Of a stretch of DNA of 64,000 nt, positions 12,150 through 23,446 are shown piece after piece. The stretch is from Vicugna vicugna. Lineage: Eukaryota. The notes beneath the pieces were generated by a model. It ran no database searches. It was not told where the DNA came from and was given only the letters and a program-made list of their open reading frames with translations. Made by a program: the position numbers and the translations under genes. The stretch lies in NCBI GenBank assembly GCA_013265495.1, contig MU058844.1:13042184-13106183 (forward strand), in the 5' to 3' direction. Every line of letters starts with the position of its first letter. Position 1 is the stretch's first letter.

Positions 12150-12960
12150 ATTAACTAATCAATCAATCCATTCATGTGTCAAAATTTTGTTGGTATCTAC
12201 TGCATGCCTGGCATTGCTAAGCAATGAGCAAGACAGACAGCCTCTTCCCTTGCAGAGTTTATGGGCAAGTTCAAAAGAGGATCCTTAAAAGTAAAATCAT
12301 ACAAATATAATTTAACTGTAATTGTGATAATTCCATAAACAAAAAATATGGGCAGATATAAGAAAGTACATATTCTGAAGGGAAAACTAGAACATTGTTA
12401 TATTTTCTAAAAATGAAGAAATTCAGTGAAAGAAATCTTAATGTTTTATTCCCTTGAACTTTCATCATGACTGTTTTCCATGACCAGTCTCCTTAGTCTT
12501 TCTTGGTTTACCAAGGGAGCACTGTGTCTCTCCTTGTTTTCAAAATGTTCATTTAAATCTCTTCCAAAATGTAAGAGTCTGTTGAAGCTTGTTTGCTGCT
12601 AAGCCCCAGCCCAGCCTTCCCTGTGGAAGCCAAAGCAATTCTGGGAAAGGTTGGGGCTGGAGGGCAACCTTGGGTTAATCTAAGAGTGAGACAGAAGTGA
12701 CAGCCTCCAGGTTCCAGTGGTAATCAATTCCCTTTCCTGCATTAAGCTACTCAGTAAGCAACAAGACCCACAGTTAACAATTTGAGTCTATGATCTTTTC
12801 CCAGGGGTGTGGATTGGGGAAGTCTTCCCTGGGGGAAAGAATACTTAAGTTGAGATCAGAAGGATGAACTGGGCAAAGTTGGGGAAGATGAAGGCAAGCA
12901 TTCCAAGAATGTGCAGGTCTAGTAGGTCTAGTAGGTCTAGTAGGTGTAGATTGGCATATC
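12150..12960 (-). mobile_element. LINE-2 fragments (about 12150-12400 and 12780-12960)
   Basis: AATCAATCAATCCATTCA tail and GGGAAGTCTTCCCTGGGGGAAAGAATACTTAAGTTGAGATC. Confidence 0.55.
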
Positions 12961-13249
12961 AAAATAATCCTTAGACCCAGAAAAAGGTTTCACTATGATC
13001 TCTTGCTTCCTGTTCTTCAGAGACACTTGATCCGGGATGTGTGGCCCTACTTGGGGGAGGGGACTAGTGGCAGAATTGGTTTGACAGTGACTCACTGAAC
13101 CATAAGCCCCAACCGGCTATCCTGCAAATTTATGACAACTCAATTATGACAACTACATACAAAACCAAAGCAGTGGGTATTCTCTACTGAGAATGCCTAA
13201 GAGTACTCAGCAAATGTTTATGTAGACCCGACTGAGGGCCTCAGCAGGG

Positions 13250-13400
13250 CAGACTTTCATTTCCCTTTCGAGATCAAAGATTCCGTGGAGAAGCTGAGGA
13301 AGACTATGGAACGCTTTCCTGAAAAACACACAGATGCACATGTGTCCAAACAATTGCATACAGTTCATGGGGTTTCCAGTTCCGAAGCTCATCCATCTCA
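13250..13400 (-). mobile_element. MER103-like hAT-Charlie fragment
   Basis: GAGAAGCTGAGGAAGACTATGGAACGCTTTCCTGAAAAACACACAGATGCACA resembles the reverse complement of MER103C. Confidence 0.5.
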
Positions 13401-13737
13401 GGGTAACACAGCTGCTCTCAAACTATAACAACGGATGAGGAAGAACATGCCAGTGGTGGGAGGTATTGTGTTCCGTCTCGAATGTAATGAGTTTGAGGTG
13501 CATATGGCAGGATATTCAGGTGGAAATGTCCCAGGAGCAGTTTAAACTGCTTCCTGGTTTTGTGCGATTTTCTAAGTATGTTTAAATCAAGAGGAAGTGG
13601 GTGGGTATGTATCGGTACAATGGGCCCCATCCCAAGGGTCCAGATTCTCTCGTGTTCATATTTAGAAATTTTTTTCCTCAGAAAAATTTTCATTGTAGAA
13701 AATACCACCCAGCCTTTGCATTATTAAGGTCCTTTTC

Positions 13738-13868
13738 TTTTCTTTTCTTTTTTATTTTGGAGGAAGTAATTAGGTTTATTATTTTTTTAAATGGAGGTGC
13801 TGAGGATTGAACCCAGGACCTCATGCATGCTAAGCACACACTCTACCATGGGGCCATGCCCTCCCCAC
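13738..13868 (-). mobile_element. Camelid tRNA-derived SINE (Vic-1-like)
   Basis: Reverse complement of the same SINE, with a perfect 12-bp TSD AAGGTCCTTTTC (13726-13737, 13869-13880). Confidence 0.92.
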
Positions 13869-14149
13869 AAGGTCCTTTTCATAATCACTCTCTATTTCAG
13901 AGCCTGATTAAAGAAAAGTCTAGCCATGTGGCTGTCTGGGGAGCCGGTCTGCGAGGAGGGGCTGAAATATTAAATGTGACTGAAAGAAATATTGAACAAA
14001 TGGACCCAGTCTTCCGCTCCCCACCCCTTCATCCTGCACAAGGGCTGGCTAAACTGCCCTCTGAGGAAGCCGAGTCTACAAACTGTGCCTTTTTTTGTTT
14101 TCTCTTTTTTCCCTTTCTTTCTTTCTTGTTGTTGATAAAGTCTGGGGGC

Positions 14150-14650
14150 TGTGGAGTGCTAAAACATGGGCCCCTAAAGATATCCACATCCTGTGGATGT
14201 TACCTTATATGACCTGTGGCCTTACATCAGGCCATAAAGGCTCTCAGCAGATATGATTAAGGATTTTGAGATGGGGAGATTATCCTGGATTATCTGTATG
14301 GACCCTAAAGGTCATCTCACAGATCCTTGTAAGAGGGAGGCAGATGGGACCCAGAGAGAAGAGGGGAAGGCAGATAGAAGAGGAGGAGGCAGTGTGACCA
14401 CAGAGGCAGAGGCTGCAGTGACGTGACCACGAGCCAGGAACACCGGCAGCCACCGGACCTGAGAGAGGCAGGGTGCAGTTGTCCCCTAGAGCCTCCTAAG
14501 AGAGCACAGCCCTGCTGACACCTCGATTTCAGCCCCGTGGGGCTGAAATTTCAGACTTCTGGCCTTCAGAACTGGGGGAGAATAAGTTTCGGCTGTTTTA
14601 ATTCACCAAGTTTGTGGGAAGTTGTTACAGTAGCCAGAGGAAACTAACTA
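14150..14650 (+). mobile_element. MLT1D-like MaLR solo LTR
   Basis: GATTAAGGATTTTGAGATGGGGAGATTATCCTGGATTATC and 3' TTGTTACAGTAGCCAGAGGAAACTAA. Near-TSD GGGGC/GGGAC. Confidence 0.85.
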
Positions 14651-15503
14651 GGGACTAAACTAGACAGTAGAAGGAGGGACGAATGGTCTAGATTGGAGCC
14701 TCTTTGTCTCAGGTTTTTCATGAAGTTTTCTGGTTTCCTTTCCATTTTCAACCTGAACTATTTCTGAATCCAAGTAAATCCTCCTCTCTCACCTTGACAC
14801 TTGTATCGGAAAGCTCCACTGTCCTATATAGACTGAGTAATTGATTTTGATTTACTGGTACAAAGTTCTCTTTTGTTTATTTTGCCTCCTTCCCCCTCAG
14901 CTTGTATTCCCTGCTTCCAAATAATCGTTTATTGTTTTGGAAGAATCAGTCTCTCTCTCTCTCTCTCTTCAGCCTCCTCCGCTCCTCTTGTGCTTGATCT
15001 TAAAATAAAAGTTACCTACAGTTGACAGCCTCCTCTTTCTTTTCTTGTGATTTCCTTCCCTCAGCAGTGTGGAGCGGTAACGCTGCTCTCCCCCGAGTGT
15101 TTGAAGCCACCCACACACCTCGAAGCACAGTCTCCAGCAGCTGACAGCACAACACAAGCCGGTGACAGTCACGAATGCCACCATCGTTAGTTCCACAAAT
15201 CCTCTATGAAAATGGGTCTGTGGGATGTAAGAAAAAGGGGAAAATGATATTTCATGATGGGAATTTTTTTAAACTGCAAAAATGGGAAATAAATTGGGCC
15301 AGATGATTATTTTAAATAACCTATGGTGAAAGTAGGAACTTAAAGCAAGTCTCCCTCAAAGAACTTGAGGAATCGAAAGAAGCCATGTGAAGTCTTTTTG
15401 CATGAAGACCTCCTAGTGCTTCCGGGAGAAATGGTATAGAGGGGACTCTAGGAGGATGGCCACGAGATGGGGAACCAGGGGCTCAGGTGAGAACATCATA
15501 ACT

Positions 15504-15727
15504 CAGGGGTCAGCAAACTATGGAATGGATCAAATCTGGCCCACCATCTGCTTTTGCAAATAAAGTTTTATTAGAACACAATCCTGTCCAGATTTTACAT
15601 ATTGTCTACAGCTACCCTTGCCCTGCAACGGCAGAGCTGAGTAGCTGTGACAGAGACTACATGGCACATAAAACCTAAAACATCTACTGTTTCACCCTTT
15701 ACAGAAAAAAAAAAAAGCCAATCCCTG
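15504..15727 (+). mobile_element. MER58A (hAT-Charlie)
   Basis: CAGGGGTCAGCAAACTATGG...AAATAAAGTTTTATTAGAACAC...CCCTTTACAGAAAA...CCCTG. Confidence 0.88.
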
Positions 15728-15810
15728 TTATAATGAAACTGTAGCAGCAGTTCGGGGTGTAGTAAATAAGCTGTAACAGTGAGAAATACGAAGAATTACC
15801 GAGGGTAGAG

Positions 15811-16329
15811 TGTATGAGTTTCTTAGGGCTGCCGTAACAAATTATTGCAGATTGGGTGACTTAAACAACAGAAATTTGTTCTCTCATAGTTCAGGAGGCC
15901 AGAAGTCCAAAATTAAGGTGTGGGCAGGGCTGGTTCTTCTGGAGGTTCTGAAGGAGAATGGATTCCATGTCTCTTTCCTTGTGTCTAGAGGCTGCCAGTA
16001 CTCCTTGGCATTTCTTGGCTTGTAGGCACGTGATTTCAGTCTCTGCCTCCATCTTCACATGTTCTTCTCCCTGTGTCTCTCTGTGTCTTCCCCACTCCTG
16101 TCTCTTACAAGGACAGGTCATCGACTTCAGGGCCAACCCTAAATCCAGGATGATCTCATCTTGAGGTCCATAACTTAATCAATTACGTCTGCAAAGACCC
16201 CTTCTCCAGACAGAGTCACATTCACAGATACCATGGATTAGGACTTGGACGTAAGGTTTGGGGTTGTTTCTAATTCACCGGTTGTTTTAATTCACCAAGT
16301 TTGTGGGAAATTCAATTCAATGCACCACC
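15811..16329 (-). mobile_element. MLT1C-like MaLR solo LTR with a short insertion near its right end
   Basis: TGTATGAGTTTCTTAGGGCTGCCGTAACAAA...GGAGGCCAGAAGTCCAAAATTAAGGTG...GGATTAGGACTT. Extra sequence lies at 16263-16312. Confidence 0.85.
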
Positions 16330-16669
16330 AAAAACCTGTTAGCCACGTTGGGGGAAAAGGAGGCAGCCTGAGGGCCTTGGTGATTGCTGTGAACACCATC
16401 CACCCACAATTGAATGTAACCTTAAGAGACAGTGCTTACATAAATATCTCATTAATTTTGACAACAAGTTTTCATATTTAAAGGAATATATTGAATCCAC
16501 AGACAACCTTGAACTTTCATCTTATAATTCGGTTTTTACTTTCTTTCCTTATTCAATTTTGTGTCACTCAGTTTTATGGTCTACACGTAGAAAATGTGGG
16601 CGATTTAAGCTCTTGTGGCCCTAAAAGCAGCCGAGTGAACACAAGACAGACAGTAAGAAGTGGAGAAGC

Positions 16670-17250
16670 AGCTGAGGACCAGGAAGTTGGTTCCCACAAC
16701 CTCTGTTGTTGACTCTGACAAGAGAAGCATTACCTTGGGAAGCTGTTGGAGAGCAGCAGGAGGGAGTCCAGTGAGTCCTTTCAAGGCTGCAGGAATCTCT
16801 TGTCAGAGCGGTTTTTGTTTTTGTTTTTGCTTTTGTTTTTGTTTTTGTTTTTTCATCTGTGACTTGAAAACACGGAAGTGCGGTTGCGCTCGTGGTGGGT
16901 CTCATCTTGTCCTTTGTTTTATTCTCTTTCCCGGATTTCAGTCCAAATTCAGGTGGGGAGGGAAGGCAGGGCATGTTTCTACTAGGATTCCTTCCTGATC
17001 AGAATTCACAAGCAGGGGTGGAAAGCAGAGAGGGAGAAACCGCCGCCGCCAAGTTGGCACTCTTTTGAGAAACATCTGAGTGGAAGTGACAGTTTTTTCA
17101 GGGGGATTGTCCTTGACTGGCACTAAAACCAAGCTGGAGAGAAAGAATCAGGAAAATCAGGACTCCTCTCCCAAGAATGGGAAACGACATTACCTTGAAG
17201 ATGTGCCAGAGGAGCCCTGGGGCATGAGAAGTGAGGCAGCCACGGGCAGT
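16670..17250. promoter_or_regulatory. Candidate enhancer (ETS/RUNX motif cluster)
   Basis: GGAAGT at 16682, 16874 and 17082, TGCGGTT at 16879-16885, and several retained CpGs. Motif evidence only. Confidence 0.3.
16812..16853 (+). repeat. (TTTTTG)n simple repeat
   Basis: About seven hexamer units, one of them variant. Confidence 0.9.
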
Positions 17251-17563
17251 GCCCACCTAGGGTGCTCTGTGCTCCTGTCTTTCTGCTTGAAACACCTCCA
17301 GTTGCCTCCGTTGTCCTGTGTGAACCTTGTCTGTTACCTCCAGGAGCTGGGACAAATCCAGGCTCCACCATCTCTTCTAATTTTCAGATATTTTCTAAGG
17401 ATTCACACCATGGCACACCAGTTTCTTGAGTCTTTGCTCATTTATGGCAGAGTTTTCTGCATCCATTCAATTTGACTTGCATTTTCTAAGCTGCACAAGC
17501 CTAGTTGAAACAAGGTCCGTAACAGTAATTTAAGGAGGTGGAGGAAGAAGGCACTTCTCTGAA

Positions 17564-18442
17564 TGTACCAGAGGGGAAATACACTTCTTCCTTTACCATC
17601 TTAGAGTTTCTGGCTGACTGACATGAGACAGATTTAACTGGAGAAAAGCACATGAACTTTATTTGCATGCACGTGGGAGCCCTCACAAGAAAAGTGAGGA
17701 TCCAAAGAGGGGACCGGGCCTATGTGTTTACATACGAGGCTGAACACAGAGTAACACTTGTGGAGAAAGGTGGCTCAACTATGCTAGGTTTACTGTATTG
17801 GAAATTAAAACTGAAAAGTTTAAAAATGTAGATTAAATCGCTTTAAAATAACAATGAGAAGGTTGTTTTGTGTGTTAACATAAATACACTTCTATGCGAA
17901 ATAACTGTATCTGTCAAAACTTTTTTTTTTTAAAGAAGAAAAGAAAATCCTGCCAATAAACCATACAAGCAGAGATGTGTGCTTCCAACTTAGCCATCTC
18001 AGTGGCCTCCAGTCAGCCCTACCCCTTCCTCAAAGAGACCCCAAAGACAAATGAGTATGTTAATTCCCTTTGTGGCCTTTCCCACTGGTCAGAATCACCA
18101 GCATCTCTTACTTCCCTAATGCTAGAGGAATCCTCATCATGATATATCGATTTCCAAATTAATTAATTAATTAAATAAGGAGATTAAAAGGTTATTTTAA
18201 CAAGGTCTGTTTGTACAGCTTGCTCTCAGCCTCCACACTGTTTCTGGTGATAAGAATGTTTCTTCCTCCCGGCGCAGGGAGAGCACCTTTCACGTGGAAA
18301 TTTTCTCTCTTGCTTTTAGGGGAAAAGACAAAAGGTCAGCATGCCCTTTTGACATCAGCTGTTTTTTCAAGAGCCTCTAGCTCAAAATGATTAATATGCC
18401 AAAGCAGCGTATTTTGGGGTGACATGCCCCAGGTCGCCTTCG
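17564..18442 (-). mobile_element. ERV1 solo LTR (MER101/MER34-like) interrupted by a ~390-bp insert
   Basis: The left part (GAGGGGAAATACACTTCTTCC...CAGATTTAAC...TTTATT) and right part (AACAAGGTCTG...AATATGCCAAAGCAGCGTATTTTGGGGTG) parallel the LTR at 57505-58001. Confidence 0.7.
17790..17920. mobile_element. Arthur1-like (hAT-Tip100) fragment
   Basis: GAAATTAAAACTGAAAAGTTTAAAAA...AAAATAACAAT...TGTTAACATAAATA...AAATAACTGTATCTGTCAAAAC resembles Arthur1 as I recall it. Confidence 0.5.
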
Positions 18443-18593
18443 GTGCCCACCTATTCTGCGGGAACTACCGCTCTTCTCAAATTTCTTTCATCAAATTCCA
18501 GTGTATTGTAATTCACAGGCTAATACGCAGGCATGGGAGTCAGAGAGACCTGGGTTTAGGTCCCAGTTCCACCGCTTGTAAGCTAAGAAATCA

Positions 18594-18795
18594 CAGCTGA
18601 CACTAGTACACCTCAGGGGTTAGTGGGGGCCAACCCTCATGCAGTTAAAAATTCGCGTATAAATTTACACTCAGGTCTCCGTATCCACGGTTCCGCATTC
18701 TTGGATTCAGTCAACCTCAGATCATATGGTACTTGAAAAAAAGTCTACATATAAGTGGACTCTCACAGTTCAAAACCCATGCTGTTCTGTAGCTG
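18594..18795 (+). mobile_element. Tigger2a-like (TcMar) MITE nested in a MIR
   Basis: CAGCTGAC...GGGGTTAG...GCGTATAA...TATAAGTGGACTCTCACAGTTCAAAACCCATG...CTG. MIR sequence lies on both sides (18530-18593, 18796-18837). Confidence 0.75.
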
Positions 18796-18837
18796 ATTTC
18801 TCTAAGCCTCTTCTCCCTCACATGTAAAGTGAGAATG

Positions 18838-19409
18838 TGTTAAAAAAAAATGCCTACTATTTAGAAAGGAGTTATAGAGAGACTGGAACTGCTCTCATCA
18901 GAAAGGCTTGATTGCAAGGTTGGCCCTTGGCTGATATCTGGGAACCTGGATTTTGGAGGGGTCCCACCATTTCCTAAATGATAACAGTGCTTCATTGGGC
19001 CTAAAGTGTTTGTCAGACACTTGTGGTTTATGCTGAACATCTCGTTTCCTTCTGGCAGTCTGGAATTTTGGTCTGTGCTTAGCAGAGAGAGCCTACACCA
19101 CCAGTCCCCCAGTAAAAACCCTGGGCACTGAGTCTCCAGTGAGCTTCCCCAGTGGACAAAACTCGTCATGTGTTGTCACAAGTTGCTATGAATTAGGTAC
19201 ATCCTCTGTGACTTAGAACCCTTGGAATCCTGTGCCTGGTTTCCTCCAGACTTTGCGCCATGTGCCCTTTCTCTTTGCTAGTTTTGCTTTGTGTCCTTTC
19301 ACTGTGTTAAATCTCAGCCTTGAGTAAGGCTGTAACCTGAGTCCTGTGTGTCCTCCTAGGGAGTCACTGACACAGGGTTGGTGGGGAGAGGGGTGGCTTT
19401 GAGGACTCT
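18838..19409 (+). mobile_element. MER21-like LTR
   Basis: GCAAGGTTGGCCCTTGGCTG, TGGTTTATGCTGAACATCTCGTTTCCTTCTGG and CTGAGTCCTGTGTGTCCTCCTAG. Confidence 0.8.
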
Positions 19410-19720
19410 TGTCTTAGCCCATTGCAGCTGTTATAACAAAATACCACAGACTGGACAGCTTGTAAACGGGAGAAATTTACTGCTCACAGCTCTGGGGTTG
19501 GGAAGTCAAAGATAAAGGTCAGAGTCACATTCTGGTGAAACCCTCTTCCTGGTTCATAGCGGGTACCTTCTTTCTGTGTCCTCACTTGGCTGAAGGGGTG
19601 AGGGTTCTCTGTGAGTTTGTTGTTGGGCTCTGTCCCATTCACGAGGGTTCCTTTACAACTTAAGCACCTCCCAAAGGCCCCACCTACTAATGCTGTCACC
19701 TCGTGGGGGTTAGGATTTCA
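19410..19720 (-). mobile_element. MLT1A-like MaLR LTR
   Basis: TGTCTTAGCCCATTGCAGCTGTTATAACAAAATACCACAGACTGG...GGGGTTAGGATTTCA. Confidence 0.82.
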
Positions 19721-21040
19721 TTTTAGCAAACTCCCAGGAAAACTCCTCCATAGGTCCCTGTTTCTCTTCTTTCTCCCTTCATCTCTCTGTTCTTCGTCAG
19801 AAATGTCTGCAACCCACTTGAGGGAGGAACAGGAAGCTGTATGATCAAGTCAGAATTCTCTTTGGCACACAGGGAAGAGGAAATGACACAGAACCTCCAC
19901 ACAGGAATGAGTTCTGTTCTGACACGTTTCTGAATTAGTGTTGCCCGTTTCAAAGTAATCGCCTTGAGAGGCTCCACTCTTTATTACCAAAACTCCAAAC
20001 ACATTAGGATATGTATTTTTGTAACTGGCAAACTAAACACTGTTAAAAAAATTCACCGCATCCCTTTGTGGTCACACTCCATAGATACAGCTCTGACCAG
20101 GTACCCCTGCGACTTTCAGGATTTATCTCTTTAGTTGTCCGGTCCTTCATTGTTCTGAGCTGAGAGAGGACTGGCTTAGTGCCTCTCAGAGGGCACGGGG
20201 GCCGTTCTGTACGGCTACCGGTGACAACCAACAATGCTAGGGAGCCCTGGCCTTGACATAAGTAGGTACAGGAGAAGGTGAAAAAGGAAGGCAGAAAATT
20301 TTAAATATATATATAGACGAGCAAAACAGTAAGTAAAAAGGAGAAGGCAAAAGAGAAGAGAGAAGGAATTTTTAAAAATGAAGCACTTGTTGAAAGCAGA
20401 GGAATAGTTTATGACTCAGATTCTCCAACCTCTGAATGTAGTTCAGTCTGTTACTCCGGTTTAGAGTTGGTTCCCAGGCACCTGGTGAAAGGGGCTGGGG
20501 GTGGGGGGTGGGAGGAGGAGGTGGGAGGGTGTGAAGTGGGGCTGCCCAGAGACACTAGGTTTTGGTTTTATTATCCACTGAGAAGTTTCTCTCTTGATGA
20601 TTAAACTGCTCAGAGAAAGTCAAGCTATGAAACAAGCTACCCAATCTATCAATAAAGAAATCATGTCCTTTCTTTTTAAAGTTCTGAAATCATTCATTAT
20701 CTGTGATGTGACATTTGACTACAGTAGAATTGTCATATCATAAATGGTGGATTAGGGATGGATGAGTGGACTCAGTGGGTGGACAGGCCCTTTTGTAACT
20801 GAGAATACAGTTTGATTAATAGAAGGAAAAGCTGGGGAACAAAAAAAGAAAATCAAAGGGCAAAGATTACTCAAAAAAAAAAAAAAGAAAGGGAGAAAAT
20901 TTGATGTCGAGAACTTAAAAATAGGCTGTAGGTTTATAATGATATAAAAAGAAAAAAAAATCCGTTCTCCTCTCCTACTCAACCCCACTTCTAAATTTCA
21001 CTGATGAAATAGGCAAAAATCACTCCTACATGTGGCTGCC

Positions 21041-21060
21041 GTGTGTGTGTGTGTGTGTGT
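21041..21060 (+). repeat. (GT)10 microsatellite
   Basis: Read directly from the sequence. Confidence 0.95.
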
Positions 21061-21796
21061 AAAAACAATTTATTTCAGTTACCTAAGTACCTGGTACGAT
21101 TCACACTGTACATTTGCCTCCAGAGTGTGAAATAAGTTAGATGACAAATGATGGACTCAGAAATTGCTACTGAATAATTTTTACCTTTAGCTTTAATACA
21201 AGCCTTTAAAACAAAATCATACAGGGAACTGGTATAAAGTCTGGTTGGAATTTTCTTTTCATTTTTTTTCCATTACTCATGTCCAGAAACAAGCTGTCTG
21301 AGGAATTAATCTGAGTATTTTGTCATCTTTCACATTATTGTTTGATTTAAAAAAAAATAGCTTTGCTATTGAATCAGAGAATCTTGAAGTCCCTAAGAAA
21401 AATCAAGAGATTACTTATTCTTTATTAACAGATATGTCTTACTATTCTACTCAACATTTTCATGTAGGAAATTTGTTTGAATAGACTAGTTTGAAACCAG
21501 GGTCACTTGGCAAAAATAGAAAAGTGAAAAGCAGTGATGTACTCTAATGATTATTGAAAAAAATGTGTTCTCAGGTGGATGACAACATATGCTAGTGTTT
21601 CTAATATTCATCAGTTAGATGTCTTGGGAACACAGAAGACTGCAAAAGGCTCATCCCTCCATGAAAATGTTTATCATTGGCTTTCATTTCATAAAATGAA
21701 AATTCCTACGAAAACTATTCATAGGAATATAAAATGTTAATATACTTGTTACTACCTTCGTGCCTTGGTGCCTAGTCTTGTTATGATGATCTAAAT

Positions 21797-22020
21797 TAGT
21801 TCACAGTCTTGACTGCACATTAGAATTATCTGGGGAATTTAAAAAATATATATTTTAATATATAATATAAAATATATATATTTAAAATAAAATATATATA
21901 TCCTGATGCCCAGGCAGCAGCCTAGACCAGTAAATCACCAATAAATCATAATCTCTTGGTGGAACTTGGTAATTTTTAAAGCATCCCAGGCGATTCCAAT
22001 GTCCCATCAATTTAAGTAGT
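21797..22020. mobile_element. MER5-family hAT element with an internal AT-rich expansion
   Basis: CTTGACTGCACATTAGAATTATCTGGGGA and TTTTTAAAGCATCCCAGGCGATTCCAATG, with an AT tract at 21841-21901. Confidence 0.75.
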
Positions 22021-23446
22021 CCCTTATCAAGCCCTACTTTGATCATCACCTCTGTTAGAGTCATTCCCTCCTCTGCACTAAAGAGAGGGCACATAGCAAA
22101 TCGTATCTTTGCAGGTCAGGTCCCGTGTTGCGTTGTTTTTCAATCTTCAGCACCTGAGAGGTGCTCGATAGCTCAAAGACTGAATGAACACACATATTTC
22201 CCGGCAGGGCCGTGGAGGAAGGTTACCACCATTTTCAAGACAGCAGATTCCTCCAGCGCGTCTAGAGAGACAGTGTGACTCATTTAGTTACATTTTACAG
22301 CTCTGAGTCACCTGGCACTAGGCCAGTCAAAAGTTTCAGAACCTGATGTTTCAGATCCTTATCCAATGGACATTTTTATCCTGGGAGCCGGCCTGAGGAT
22401 GCAGCTGACAGAATGAGCACAGGGATTTTCTTCGGGAAGCAGTGAGAAGCCACTGCTGCTCCCCACTTATGTAACCATATGTTGCACAAGCATGGCCCGA
22501 GGAATGTGATGCAAACATTATTTTCATCTTCCTCCATCACTTTAAACTCAGTTCAGCAGGGGAAAAAAACTTCTCTTGTCTGTCGATAAAGTCTTGCATC
22601 ACTCAGCATTATTGACTTGGAGTTATAAAACAGTCTCATTTTAGAAACTTAATATATTCAGTCTCACATCATAATCAAAAATCAACCTGCAGTCAGGGTG
22701 AAGCCATCACCCAGGCTCCAGGCCTGGCCGGCTGCACAAGCCTGTGGTGGGGAAGCAGTTTGTTGTCCTTCTGTCCTCTGCTTTCTTCCAGCTCACCTGG
22801 TCTACCTGTGCTTCCTCTCTGCCTGGAGTCAAATTAGAGAGGGTGAGGAAAAAGAAGGGAAAATGATGTTGCCACTTTCGTGAGCCTCGCGTTTGTTAAA
22901 GCTCGAATTCCTGGATGGGGTTGGCAGGTAGTTGCAGTAAGTTGTTTTCTCGTGGGGGCTTTTGTGGGTTCTTCAGAGGTTTCTTGTTGAGTTCCTGGCT
23001 TTTGCAGTTCCCTGGACCTAGAGTGATCATCTTCAGCTCTTGGTGGCCATCTGTGATGCCTTCTTCACCCAGACTTACACCTCTGAAAAAGTAGCCCCTT
23101 TAGCTGGGATCTCTGTGCACCTGGCAGCCCTATTAGAATTGGGGGACCCCACACTGCACCTCGTCTTGGTCCACGCTGGTCCATCCTGCGTTCATGCCCT
23201 CCTTCCCTCCCTATCGTCAGGGATCGGGCCGTCTCTACACAGCGGCACCCTCCTGACTCCACCATGGAGGTGGCTGTTAGGATTCCGAGGTGGGAGTCAG
23301 CCACCTTTCACAGTCCACTTTACCTTTCTCAGGCCTGAGTGAGGGACTGGTCTTCCTTGTCCCTTGGTTGTAGGGAGCACATAAGAAGCATTCCATGTAA
23401 TTGCCTTAAAGTCTCCATCTTCAAGATCTAGGAGGTGCACCTCCAC

